Translations under genes and position numbers: made by a program
Notes under the pieces: generated by a model
Databases searched by the model: none
Told to the model about the DNA's origin: nothing
The model's input: the letters and a program-made list of their open reading frames with translations, nothing else
NCBI GenBank assembly: GCA_017991375.1
Contig: JAGOQP010000004.1
Span: 6,499-70,498 of the forward strand
Reading direction: 5' to 3'
DNA length: 64,000 nt
Origin: Minisyncoccota bacterium
Lineage (GTDB): Bacteria > Patescibacteriota > Minisyncoccia > UBA6257 > JAGOQP01
Shown: positions 1 to 9,060 of the stretch, one piece after another
How the letters are laid out: each line of letters opens with the position of its first letter
How positions within the stretch are numbered: position 1 is the stretch's first letter

Positions 1-308
1 GCGCAAACCACATCGAATGATTGGTCGCCAAATGGAAGATGGGTCGCGGTTCCTTCTTTGACCGTAAGTCCTTTTTGTTCGCAGAACGCCAGCGCGGTTG
101 GGCTAATATCAACTCCATACACACGGTGTCCTTTCTGATTGAAAAATTCCATTACCGCGCCACTGCCACACCCCACGTCGAGCACATCCAGACGATCTAA
201 CCTTTTGTTCGCGTGTCGCAACGCGTGTTTTAAAAAAAAGCGCTTTGCAACAAACCAAAAATGGCTTTGTTCTATACGATGCATATTCTCGTACTCCGCG
301 TATTGCAT
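1..308 (-). CDS. class I SAM-dependent methyltransferase (partial; runs off the window start)
   Basis: The minus frame was hand-translated from the ATG at 306-308: MQYAEYENMHRIEQ...LDRLDVLDVGCGSGAVMEFFNQKGHRVYGVDISPTALAFCEQKGL...FDVVC. It carries the SAM-binding motif I DVGCGSG and an acidic motif II, and has no stop before position 1. It is absent from the ORF track because it is truncated by the window edge. Confidence 0.55.
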   Translation of the reverse strand, partial: MQYAEYENMHRIEQSHFWFVAKRFFLKHALRHANKRLDRLDVLDVGCGSGAVMEFFNQKGHRVYGVDISPTALAFCEQKGLTVKEGTATHLPFGDQSFDVVC

Positions 309-310
309 AT

Positions 311-1027
311 TTATCCACGATACTTTCGGCGTATATAGTTAAGTTCTATTTCAAGTAATTCTTTTGCGCTCGTAATGATTGACTTAAGCACATGGACACG
401 CGAATCATCATCATGCGCCCACTCGACTCCCATTTGTTTAATGGGAATATGCTTTTTATGCGCGATAAAAAGAAGCTCTGTATCAAATCCCCACCGGTCA
501 ATGCGCGCCACTGGAAAAATTTTTTGCGCGGCCGGCCGAGAAAAACATTTAAACCCACAAGTAAAATCTTTTATTCCAGGAACAAGCATGTTGGAAAGTA
601 GTGTAAACCCCTGGCCAAGCATCGTTCTTACAGACGACTCATATTTTTGAATGTGTGATTCAGCAAGACGTCTGCTTCCAATAATAACCTGGTCGTCCTT
701 CTCCATAATAGAGCGCAGGTGATCAAACTCCTTAAGCGGCGTCGCCAAATCAATATCAAAAAACACAATCCAATCCCCTGTCGCCGCGGCAACACCTTGT
801 CTTACCGCGTATCCTTTTCCACGATTATGTTCATACGATACCACGCGTATGTTTCCTTTTTTCTGATAGGGCTGCAAAACATCAAGCGTTTTATCTGTTG
901 ATCCATCATTAACGAAGATAACCTCAGTATCCACTGATTGTTTGGCAAAAAAATCACAAATAGCGTCAATGCTTTTGGGGATGCGACGTTCTTCGTTATA
1001 TACGGGAATAACTATTGAGAATTTCAT
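311..1027 (-). CDS. GT2 glycosyltransferase, polyprenol/dolichol-phosphate mannose synthase (DPM1/Ppm1)-like
   Basis: 238 aa. The N-terminus FSIVIPVYNEE...VIFVNDGSTD..YEHNRGKGYA...FFDIDL is the classic GT-A fold of GT2 enzymes, with a DxD-like motif. The size and motifs match Dpm1-type polyprenyl-phosphate sugar synthases. Confidence 0.75.
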   Translation of the reverse strand: MKFSIVIPVYNEERRIPKSIDAICDFFAKQSVDTEVIFVNDGSTDKTLDVLQPYQKKGNIRVVSYEHNRGKGYAVRQGVAAATGDWIVFFDIDLATPLKEFDHLRSIMEKDDQVIIGSRRLAESHIQKYESSVRTMLGQGFTLLSNMLVPGIKDFTCGFKCFSRPAAQKIFPVARIDRWGFDTELLFIAHKKHIPIKQMGVEWAHDDDSRVHVLKSIITSAKELLEIELNYIRRKYRG

Positions 1028-1030
1028 ATA

Positions 1031-3154
1031 CTAACGCGCCAGCGCTTGTTCTATGCTTTTTATACGCGCGCGTACAACTTCAAGACGCCGCGCATCCCCT
1101 TTTTTGGCAATAAATGGCTCTAATTGTTTATACACATCAAGCGTTGCTCTGTCTGTTCCTCGAGTAAACGCGGGAAGAGTAAACGCTTTTTCCATAAGGT
1201 CAATCACTTGTTCAATGGGTGGATCTTGGCGGGTGAGGAGCACCGCCGCCAAAAAGAAATACGAATTACCCACGCGTGGATTTAACTCAATTGTTTCTTT
1301 AAGTAATTGCTCTGCCTTTTCATGTTCGCCTACAAGCGCCAACGTATATCCATAATAATATCGTGTATCCTGACGCTTTGGAGCAAGCGTGAGCGCCTTT
1401 TCGTAGTACACTAACGATTGGTCCATATATTTCATGTTATTAGTTGCCTGGCCCAACGCCGCGTAGGTTTGCGCGACCACGGTAAATGCTCTTGGGTTGT
1501 ATGGTTCTCGTTGAGCGAGCTCCTCGGTCGCCTGCAATACACGGATGAATATCTTATTAACCTCTTCGTTTTTCCCCACATACTGTTGAAGCGCGCCGAG
1601 CAAGCTTTGTCTAATATCTTGTTGCGCGTATGTATAGGGCTCAAGCATGCTATCCAAACTTTCTTTCATAACTTGAACGGTTGTCGAACCACTAAGCTTA
1701 TTAAGCGTTACCCGCATTTGAGCATACGCGACACAAGACATCACAAACACAATCGCGAAAAAAATTCCCACTGACGCAATAATAACAGTGAGCCCAACAC
1801 CGTTACGCGCGTGTTCGTGATGATCAATGGGCACCGCCTCTTTTTCTTTTTCGCTCTGGGCGTTCCACAATAGCGCGCCAAACGCGATGAACACAAAAAA
1901 TGGAATGTATGTTGAAACGGACTCAAAAACAAAAAGATTTTGGATAAAATATGCTACCCCAAAAAAAGTAATCGCCCCCGTTTCAATGCTGAGCGGACGT
2001 CGTAGTACCACCCACACCAGGAATACCCACAACGCAAGATATGCCACGAGCCCAAGCACGCCATTCATAACCGCAACGTCCATTAACTTATTATGCGCGC
2101 GATCAAACCAGTTTTGTTCAAACTCAAAATATTTCGGATTGTAATACTTATTATACGCAACTGAAAAATTTTCAGGACCCCAACCAGTAAGAAACTTTAC
2201 CGGCCCATTAGTAATGGGGTTGAGCGCCCGCGCGCTCACGCCAAGTGAAATTAAACGTGTCTGTAATGTGGGATCATTAAATGAAGCGGCCGCGAGACGA
2301 TCTATTCCTGGAATTTTTTTCCAAAACGCATCCGATTTAGTTAGAAGAAACACTACCGAGAGCATAATAACGAGTCCCACGATAACCAGTGCTATTTTTT
2401 TAAGATGCCATCTACCAAACAACATTCGATCACCCGATTTGACCGCCATAATAAGCGCCGCCACCGCAAGTCCAGCGCCCATACCAATCATCACACCACG
2501 CGTTTGAGAGACCAAAATACCCACCAGAGAGAGTGGGAGCATCGCCCATGCGACAAGGTGCCACTTACTCCCTCGCTCACCAATAACCATAAGCGCCGCG
2601 AATATAGTAAAGAGAAAAAGAATGGCAATATATATTGGGTTTCCAGTAAATGAACTTGGACGCGCCTGCCCGAGCGACAGCCACTGATACATTTGATTAA
2701 TAAAGAGAACGCCACCGGTAATCAGAGAGAGCTTGCAAAACATAAGCCAATCTTTTTTCGCAAACACCAGCATACCAAGCAAGAAAAATCCAAAAAAGAA
2801 TGACATCCCGAGCAATCCTTCCGCGCGCTCGATGTCTCCAAAAAAGGCACGGAATGTATTTACCGCGGTGAGCGTGCTTACAATATAGACCACAAAAAAC
2901 GCCGTTACTGAAATAACAATGGGATTTTTTTTGATTTGAGAAAAACGTTCGGCGATTTCTTTTCTGAACGCGTTGTTTGCCATCGCGTATCCCGCACACA
3001 AAAGCGTCGCAACCATAACCAATATTTTTATGGCCATGCTTTTGCCGGTAATATATGGGAAGAACACCCCCGAATCGACGATGAGTGGAACAAACGCAAG
3101 GAGCAATAAACTCCATACTATAGCTCGTTTCATATGGTATAGATAATAGAACAA
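1031..3154 (-). CDS. polytopic membrane protein with O-antigen-ligase (Wzy_C)-like core and C-terminal TPR repeats
   Basis: 707 aa with about 12 predicted TM helices and a large periplasmic-type loop, typical of WaaL/O-antigen ligase-like proteins. The C-terminal ~250 aa contain repeated TPR-like helices (AYYYGYTLALVGEHEKAEQLLKETIELNP...). This architecture is common in CPR glycosylation loci. Confidence 0.6.
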   Translation of the reverse strand: MFYYLYHMKRAIVWSLLLLAFVPLIVDSGVFFPYITGKSMAIKILVMVATLLCAGYAMANNAFRKEIAERFSQIKKNPIVISVTAFFVVYIVSTLTAVNTFRAFFGDIERAEGLLGMSFFFGFFLLGMLVFAKKDWLMFCKLSLITGGVLFINQMYQWLSLGQARPSSFTGNPIYIAILFLFTIFAALMVIGERGSKWHLVAWAMLPLSLVGILVSQTRGVMIGMGAGLAVAALIMAVKSGDRMLFGRWHLKKIALVIVGLVIMLSVVFLLTKSDAFWKKIPGIDRLAAASFNDPTLQTRLISLGVSARALNPITNGPVKFLTGWGPENFSVAYNKYYNPKYFEFEQNWFDRAHNKLMDVAVMNGVLGLVAYLALWVFLVWVVLRRPLSIETGAITFFGVAYFIQNLFVFESVSTYIPFFVFIAFGALLWNAQSEKEKEAVPIDHHEHARNGVGLTVIIASVGIFFAIVFVMSCVAYAQMRVTLNKLSGSTTVQVMKESLDSMLEPYTYAQQDIRQSLLGALQQYVGKNEEVNKIFIRVLQATEELAQREPYNPRAFTVVAQTYAALGQATNNMKYMDQSLVYYEKALTLAPKRQDTRYYYGYTLALVGEHEKAEQLLKETIELNPRVGNSYFFLAAVLLTRQDPPIEQVIDLMEKAFTLPAFTRGTDRATLDVYKQLEPFIAKKGDARRLEVVRARIKSIEQALAR

Positions 3155-3337
3155 AAATAAGAATTAAGAAAGAACGGGCACCACGGTATAAATCAACACA
3201 TACTCACTCGCCAAGATATTTTTAGATATCTATATTAAAATAGCAAATTGGTTTTTCTATTATTGACAAACCACCCCATCCAATGTAACGTATAATCGCG
3301 CACTTTGACACAAAGGAAAAAGGAAAGGAGAAGCGCG

Positions 3338-4033
3338 ATGATCAGCAAAGAAAGACATATCGCACTATCATGGAGGATTCCTCTGTTGGTTGGTATGCTC
3401 ACGGGCCTATTTCTTCTTGCACGGTACTTTGTTGCCGGATACATCCCAGGCCTTGCGCCGTATACCCTCAATCCCTTGGGAAGGGTACACAATCTGGCAA
3501 CCACAACACACATGCATGTTTCACCTCCCTCAAGTTGGTTTTATGTTCTTTCTCTCCCAGTGTTCACGTTTTTGTTCATCACATTTCTTCCAATAATAAG
3601 ACATGAGACAGGCCGAGAGAGACCTTGTCGAGGTGGGATCCGCGCTGGTTTGTGTGTGGCGACCATATCTTTTTTGCTCTCACTTGCGTACTGGACTACC
3701 TGCATTGGCTCTAGTGCGCAAATTACACCTCAAGATCTTTTTACTCTCTCTATCTTCTTTTTCACCTTGGCTGGTGTTTCTATACTATCTATCACGAATA
3801 TGATTGAATTGTTCACCGAATCTTCAGGAGAGATTTTTCGCTTTTTTTTCGGGTATGCTATCGGATCTGGGTTTATTGCCGATTTCGTCCTTGGGATTTC
3901 TTATGGGCTCGGGGTCACCGCGCTTATAAGTATCTTAGGGGCTGGAGTAATGTACGCGTCATGTGGAATCGGCCACGTTGTCAGACGTTGCCCTCCACGA
4001 ATATTCCAGTGGTTCCTTGCCACTGACAAGTAG
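3338..4033 (+). CDS. hypothetical polytopic membrane protein
   Basis: The track ORF is 3305..4033. The ATG at 3338 (MISKERHIALSW...) is preceded by aaggaaaggag, a good Shine-Dalgarno sequence, so the start was moved. Several hydrophobic segments; no recognisable family. Confidence 0.45.
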   Translation: MISKERHIALSWRIPLLVGMLTGLFLLARYFVAGYIPGLAPYTLNPLGRVHNLATTTHMHVSPPSSWFYVLSLPVFTFLFITFLPIIRHETGRERPCRGGIRAGLCVATISFLLSLAYWTTCIGSSAQITPQDLFTLSIFFFTLAGVSILSITNMIELFTESSGEIFRFFFGYAIGSGFIADFVLGISYGLGVTALISILGAGVMYASCGIGHVVRRCPPRIFQWFLATDK

Positions 4034-4053
4034 AGCTCACACCGCACACTTCC

Positions 4054-4085
4054 ACGACTCGTCCTCCGACGAGTCGTTTTTGTTT
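4054..4085 (+). terminator. Rho-independent terminator after the 3338..4033 gene
   Basis: acgactcgtc-ctcc-gacgagtcgt is a perfect 10-bp stem with a 4-nt loop, followed by ttttgttt. Confidence 0.6.
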
Positions 4086-4239
4086 ACGCGTATCCAACCC
4101 GCAGTCGATTAGGTAGCAAGACAAAGCTCGCTACCTGACCCAGTTAACAATACATGTTCAATGATTACTCAGCGCTACGAAATACTAATGAAGCAATACG
4201 AATATACTAAACACCGCTCACTAATCACTACCCACCACC

Positions 4240-5604
4240 CTATATCCCATACGTAATCGTCGCCAATTGAATAAATTGCCACACGACGATCAGAAAAAAG
4301 AAAACAACGACTATTGGATATTTTAAGAACCATTTCCCAAGCATCCACGCCAAAAGAATAACCAGGCACAATAAAGACGGAAAGTAGTGGTATAAAAATG
4401 CCACGCGAGCGATAGCAGTGTATGCCAAAAGATTCACCCAGTACCCAAACATCAAAAAGAGTACCGCCCACGCCTCGGTGGTCATTCTTTTTTCGCGCGT
4501 TGTCTTGATAACAAACCACAGCAGCGCCCAGAAAAACGCACCCACCCCCGCGTACCAAATAATTTCATTCCCATGAAGATACATCGTTGGTGTACGAGGT
4601 GTCCCAAAGGGTCCGAGCCAATAGTAGATAGGCTTTATGCCAAACGGCCATTGATACCATGCTGAACTTTCGGTATGAGGAGCGGTTAAATCACGATTAT
4701 AGGTAAACATTTTCTCATTGAGCTCAACGATTTTGTAGAGCATGTTCTGTGGAACAAAATCATTGGTGTGATAGTATTCATTTCCTACTAATGTCGCGCG
4801 AAACGGCCCCGTCATATATACATCACCTGTCCCACTCAGCGGAAGAAGCGCTAAATGAAGCCAGCACCAGAACATATAGACACCAACAGCACATAGTGCC
4901 AAAAGCGTCCCCAGTCCAAGCATTATTAGACGCTTTCCTTTTCTCGCGATAATATCAGCAAGAACTACCACCCCCGCGAGGCCGATAAAAAATACCCCTG
5001 TCATTTTGACGCTTGCAGCACATCCCACCAAAACACCCGCGACAACATAAAGGGCGATTTTTGACCATTTCCGCTCGCGCGTTCGCGCGAGCCATAATAT
5101 CCACAACCCCGCAATACCAAAAAGAAGTAAAAAAATATCCATGAGCGCCAGCCGCGATTGCGTAAGTAGCGCGTTATCAAAAATAACCAAAAGTCCAGAG
5201 AAAAACGCTACGCTCTTTTTTTTAAAAAGCTGATACGAAAACGCGTACATCGCTAGCACTAACAACACTCCCGCAACGCTCACCGCGGCACGATACGCTT
5301 TATAGGAATTATCCGTATACTGCTGACCAATTTTGGTAAAGGTAAACGATGTGTTTGGTTCGTGCCCTGCTATGAGCGCGGCACCAGCCATCACCAATTT
5401 GGCAAGAGGAGGATGTATATCAAAATAATACTTTCCATCGAAATAGCGATCGGTAAATTGAGCAAAGTGAAATTCGTCAAACACAATTTGATCAGGATAC
5501 CCAAACGCAAAAAAACGAGTAGCCACAGCGAGAAACAAAAGCACTATCAGCAATGTATAGTGATTAGAAAACAAAGAGGCACACCGCGTGCAAAATTTTT
5601 TCAT
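4240..5604 (-). CDS. PMT-family (GT39) protein O-mannosyltransferase / phospholipid-carrier-dependent glycosyltransferase
   Basis: The track ORF begins with a TTG at 5655; the first ATG (MKKFCTRC) is at 5602-5604. It has many TM helices, and the first periplasmic loop carries FDEFHF...DIHPPLAKL, the conserved DE and HPPL(G/A)K motifs of Pmt / ArnT-like GT-C enzymes. Confidence 0.7.
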   Translation of the reverse strand: MKKFCTRCASLFSNHYTLLIVLLFLAVATRFFAFGYPDQIVFDEFHFAQFTDRYFDGKYYFDIHPPLAKLVMAGAALIAGHEPNTSFTFTKIGQQYTDNSYKAYRAAVSVAGVLLVLAMYAFSYQLFKKKSVAFFSGLLVIFDNALLTQSRLALMDIFLLLFGIAGLWILWLARTRERKWSKIALYVVAGVLVGCAASVKMTGVFFIGLAGVVVLADIIARKGKRLIMLGLGTLLALCAVGVYMFWCWLHLALLPLSGTGDVYMTGPFRATLVGNEYYHTNDFVPQNMLYKIVELNEKMFTYNRDLTAPHTESSAWYQWPFGIKPIYYWLGPFGTPRTPTMYLHGNEIIWYAGVGAFFWALLWFVIKTTREKRMTTEAWAVLFLMFGYWVNLLAYTAIARVAFLYHYFPSLLCLVILLAWMLGKWFLKYPIVVVFFFLIVVWQFIQLATITYGI

Positions 5605-5648
5605 ACGAATATAGTATAGCAAACACGAGAGAAAATTATGGCGCAACA

Positions 5649-5683
5649 AAACCAAAACGACCCGTTAAGGGTCGTTTTGGTTT
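5649..5683. terminator. perfect hairpin (15-bp stem) between the two minus-strand genes
   Basis: aaaccaaaacgaccc-gttaa-gggtcgttttggttt. The stem ends in a U-rich run on both strands. It lies directly downstream of the stop of the 5733..7595 gene. Confidence 0.5.
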
Positions 5684-5732
5684 CGCGTGCCTCTTTGTGT
5701 TAAACAAGAAGCTCGCTGGCTTTAGCCATGCA

Positions 5733-7595
5733 TTATTGCATGTTCAAAGCTGATGTCTTCCACACGTTCTCGTCCATAGTCGTGTAGCCCAACGTGCGCG
5801 TTGCGCTCGCTGCCCAACCGACTTTCTGGAGCGTGAAGTGATACAAGCCATCACCAGTTGAGTTGCCCTTATTCATGACAAAGTCAACCGTGATTGTTCC
5901 TGTAACATCCTTCGGCAGTTTGTAGATAGACGTGTCAGATTGCACTTGGAAGTTTGAATCCAACGAGACCAGCTTGCTGGTTGTGGTTGAGTTCGTGTCT
6001 TCTGTGTTTGACTTGTAGATCTTCAAAACTGTTGAAGTTGAAAGATTCAAGAAGTACAAATCGCTTCCACCTGCCTTAACGGTGAAGGTGAACTTACCCG
6101 TGAGTGAGCTGGTTGAAACACCAGATACACCTGGGAAGAATGTCAACGAGGTTGTCGGAGCTGATGCAAACACTGGAGCAACCTTGAAGACGCTCAAGCT
6201 GTCGCTCGTTGCCGAGCCAGTAGCTGTTACTGAGTCGCCCATGCTGTTCTCCGCTGTCACACCTGCTGTCGCTCCAGTTCCTTCAACGTTGATCTTAACG
6301 GTTCCCGTGTATGCGGTTGTTGTCGCGCCACGGAAGTCTCCCTTAATGGTCAACGTCTTTGTTGAATCCTTGTCGACGTATACCTCAACATTGCTGATTG
6401 ATGCTAATCCCGCTGCACTCACTGATCCTGATCCAATGAGGGTTGACCCATCATAGACGTAGATCGTGTTAAGAGCCGGCGATGAACCGCTTGCCCATGT
6501 GGTTGAAGTCACGTTGAATGCAGTGACTTTAATGCGATCATTTTCTGAGCGCAAATCAAATGCCAACAAGGTCGCGGCGCTTACATCTCCCTGGTTGTCA
6601 GAGAGGATGTTTCCGGTCTTTGGTGAGTTGACGTTCTTTGAGATTGTCAACGCAGCTGAGTTTGCCAAGGTCTTCTTAGCAGTAAACGTGCGGCTGAATT
6701 CCGTGGTCGGGCCGTATTGGCTCAAACCAAGTCCGTCAAGTCCGCGAACGCCATTTTGAGGAACCGTCAATGTGTACGTAGTGTTCACATATGACGAATC
6801 AATCGTGGTGTTAACGTCTGCTGCAATGTACAAAACGCGGGTCTCATCCTTCTTTACTAAGAAGTTGAAGCCTGAAATCGTTATGTAGTACGTTGTTCCT
6901 TCTTTAACAATAGTTGAAGAATTTAACGCAACTTCTGCCAACGTTGCCGAACCATCGGTTACGTAGAGGCGATTCAAGATCTTGTTGTAGATCGTGGTTG
7001 CAGTTCCAAGGCTCAACTTCACGCGCTCGATGCTTACATCGCCGAGTGTTGCTTTTGCCTTGATACCCATCACGTTGATCTTTGAATTCCCTTCGTACAC
7101 GTTTGTTCCAGCGGCCGGAGATGGGTTGACTTCAACAGTCAACGAACCTTCTGACTTTGTTGTTGGAACAACAGTTGTTGTTGGGGTCACGGTCGTGGTT
7201 GGGGTGACCGACGTAGCCAAGTAGGCACGCGTCTTTGGTCCAAAGTATCCCGATGCCGGCGTGATTCCAACTGATGCCTGCCATGCTGCCAAGGCTGTTT
7301 TGGTCAAAGGACCAAAGAATCCAGTCGGAGCAGTAATAGCGAGGAATCCTTTTGCAATCAACATTGATTGCAATGATGACACATCGTCTCCCTTTGAACC
7401 CACGGTGAGGTCGCGAGTATATGAGGTTGACGCTGTTGATGTTTGCCCAAGCTGTGCTTGCAAGGTTTGGATCTGAGCCAAGAGGGCCGCGATCTGAGCC
7501 TGCAAATCAGCTGTGCTTTGTGCGTTAACGTTAACTGAAGGGACGAGCACTATTGCCGCCAATGCAACTAACGCAACTTTCTTTAATGAACTCAT
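5733..7595 (-). CDS. secreted Thr/Ser-rich surface protein with N-terminal coiled coil and peptidoglycan-binding (PG_binding_1-like) repeats
   Basis: The start was moved to the internal Met MSSLKKVALVALAAIVLVPSVNVNAQ, a clear signal peptide. This is followed by LQAQIAALLAQIQTLQAQL (coiled coil) and two GYFGP.T..AL..WQ repeats of the PG-binding kind. The next ~450 aa are Thr/Ser/Val-rich beta-type sequence (TPTTTVTPTTTVVPTT...). Confidence 0.6.
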   Translation of the reverse strand: MSSLKKVALVALAAIVLVPSVNVNAQSTADLQAQIAALLAQIQTLQAQLGQTSTASTSYTRDLTVGSKGDDVSSLQSMLIAKGFLAITAPTGFFGPLTKTALAAWQASVGITPASGYFGPKTRAYLATSVTPTTTVTPTTTVVPTTKSEGSLTVEVNPSPAAGTNVYEGNSKINVMGIKAKATLGDVSIERVKLSLGTATTIYNKILNRLYVTDGSATLAEVALNSSTIVKEGTTYYITISGFNFLVKKDETRVLYIAADVNTTIDSSYVNTTYTLTVPQNGVRGLDGLGLSQYGPTTEFSRTFTAKKTLANSAALTISKNVNSPKTGNILSDNQGDVSAATLLAFDLRSENDRIKVTAFNVTSTTWASGSSPALNTIYVYDGSTLIGSGSVSAAGLASISNVEVYVDKDSTKTLTIKGDFRGATTTAYTGTVKINVEGTGATAGVTAENSMGDSVTATGSATSDSLSVFKVAPVFASAPTTSLTFFPGVSGVSTSSLTGKFTFTVKAGGSDLYFLNLSTSTVLKIYKSNTEDTNSTTTSKLVSLDSNFQVQSDTSIYKLPKDVTGTITVDFVMNKGNSTGDGLYHFTLQKVGWAASATRTLGYTTMDENVWKTSALNMQ

Positions 7596-7760
7596 GTTTC
7601 TAAATTTTGTATAGGATTTTCTTGTTTTAGTAATCGTTTCGTTTTTCCTTTTGTGGAAAAACAGTTCAGATAGCACACTCCTCTGCTACCGACCCGCTGC
7701 TTCATCGGTGAGGACGAATCAGCAAGCTAACAGTTAATACGGAATGAGCTCCTGTTTCAT

Positions 7761-7960
7761 TACCGGTCTCTTTGTGGAGACCAGTCTCAAAAATATGGCC
7801 ATATTTTTGAGACTGGTTCCCGCAAAAACAAAAAGCTCACCGGCAAGGTGAGGCAACACAATACAAGGACGGAAAGCCGCGCAAAAAACGCCGTTTCCGT
7901 TGATCAGTGATCGCTTGTATTCTGCCTCACGGTTAGAAGCGATATACTCGCCTAACCACA
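7761..7960. promoter_or_regulatory. highly structured intergenic region (multiple hairpins including a 36-bp perfect palindrome at 7781..7816)
   Basis: ccagtctcaaaaatatgg|ccatatttttgagactgg is a perfect palindrome. Adjacent hairpins are ggtctc-tttgtg-gagacc, ctcacc-ggcaa-ggtgag, acggaaa..tttccgt and ggttag..ctaacc. The region is the ~380-nt stretch upstream of the 5733..7595 gene on the minus strand. Confidence 0.4.
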
Positions 7961-8134
7961 GAACGAAAGCTCTATTTCTACGATGCGCCCATTATACACG
8001 AGTGGGGTATTTTTGTCAATAATCCGACTTTGTGTACACCGGGAAGCACCTCTCTTGGCTTTTAATGTTCAAGCGGCGCCGAGCGCCGTTCGAGAGTATA
8101 AACGAAACACATCCATATCCGTTACGGGTGTGTG

Positions 8135-8974
8135 TTACGCCGTCTTTTGTTTCTTAATACGCAAGAATGATTTAGGGCCACCCGTCCCTACTCGTTCAAT
8201 AATCTTCTTATCAACTAATCGTTGGATATCATACCTCAATGTCCGGTCACTAATCCCTGGAAGTATGTCTTGGATGTCTTTTATGTGGCATAATGTGCGC
8301 TTTTTTAACAAATCAACAATCATCTCCTGTCTTTCAGAAAAATATGCCGCTTTTGGTATTTCATCTACACTTTTGGCCATACTTATTGCCGGACTTTTTT
8401 GTGTCTCTGTTATTTTGGCAGTGTTTATGCCGTCTTTTTCAATATTCTCATTGCCGGACTTTTTATCTTCTTTTATATATGTTGCCGGACTTTTTTGCGA
8501 TGCGTCTATATCAATAGATTTTACGCCACTATTTATCATTTTCTCATTGCCGGACTTTTGTGCTTTTGTTTTCACTTCTTCATCTTTCTCTTCGGATATG
8601 TGCGCAATCATTTTCGCGAACTCCGAAAATATCATAGGTGGTTTTGAAAACATTTCTTCTATAAGAATTCTTTCTTTGCTCCCCTTAGCAACTGTTTCCG
8701 CTTTCTCATACACCATATCCGAGAGGGTTTTTTTAAGCCCGTTTATTTCCCTGAGCAAAACCCCCGCATTGACACTACTTATTTCCCCCACCTCTTGGGT
8801 CAAGCGAACAGCATATTCAAGTTCAGCTAAGGTATCTACCGTTTTTGACCCCATATACGAAAGTGCGACATCTTCAAGATACTTTTGGAGCTGTGGACGA
8901 GAAATATGGGCCGCCACTCGGAACACGGCCCACACCACCTCAAACGATCGTTGTTTAAAAAAATCTGAGGGCAT
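8135..8974 (-). CDS. DNA-binding protein with C-terminal DeoR-type winged-helix HTH and internal short peptide repeats
   Basis: The C-terminus ERQEMIVDLLKKRTLCHIKDIQDILPGISDRTLRYDIQRLVDKKIIERVG is a typical DeoR/wHTH domain. The middle region has repeated KSGNE / QKSPA peptides, encoded by a 4x DNA repeat (ttgccggacttt). The overlapping plus-strand ORF 7983..8981 is low-complexity antisense. Confidence 0.5.
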   Translation of the reverse strand: MPSDFFKQRSFEVVWAVFRVAAHISRPQLQKYLEDVALSYMGSKTVDTLAELEYAVRLTQEVGEISSVNAGVLLREINGLKKTLSDMVYEKAETVAKGSKERILIEEMFSKPPMIFSEFAKMIAHISEEKDEEVKTKAQKSGNEKMINSGVKSIDIDASQKSPATYIKEDKKSGNENIEKDGINTAKITETQKSPAISMAKSVDEIPKAAYFSERQEMIVDLLKKRTLCHIKDIQDILPGISDRTLRYDIQRLVDKKIIERVGTGGPKSFLRIKKQKTA

Positions 8975-9060
8975 AAGATGATCATTAATCGTTAACTATT
9001 AACAACAGGACTGATACTAAAGTACTCTTTGAACGATAACCTCATGCTGATAAACCAGTA

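Noticed and set aside
3263-3300. sigma70-like promoter ttgaca ... tataat upstream of the 3338 gene
   Set aside because: The spacer between the TTGACA and the TATAAT is 22 nt. The properly spaced hexamer (taacgt) is a poor -10, so this was not annotated.
8380-8565. possible CRISPR-like array (4 copies of ttgccggactttt with 31/65-nt spacing)
   Set aside because: The repeats are only about 20 nt and imperfect. They lie inside a coding region and translate to in-frame peptide repeats. No cas genes are adjacent.
7983-8981. 332-aa plus-strand ORF overlapping the wHTH gene
   Set aside because: Its translation is low-complexity (F/S/I-rich) with no motifs. The opposite strand encodes a coherent protein with a DeoR-type wHTH, so the plus ORF is treated as an antisense artefact.
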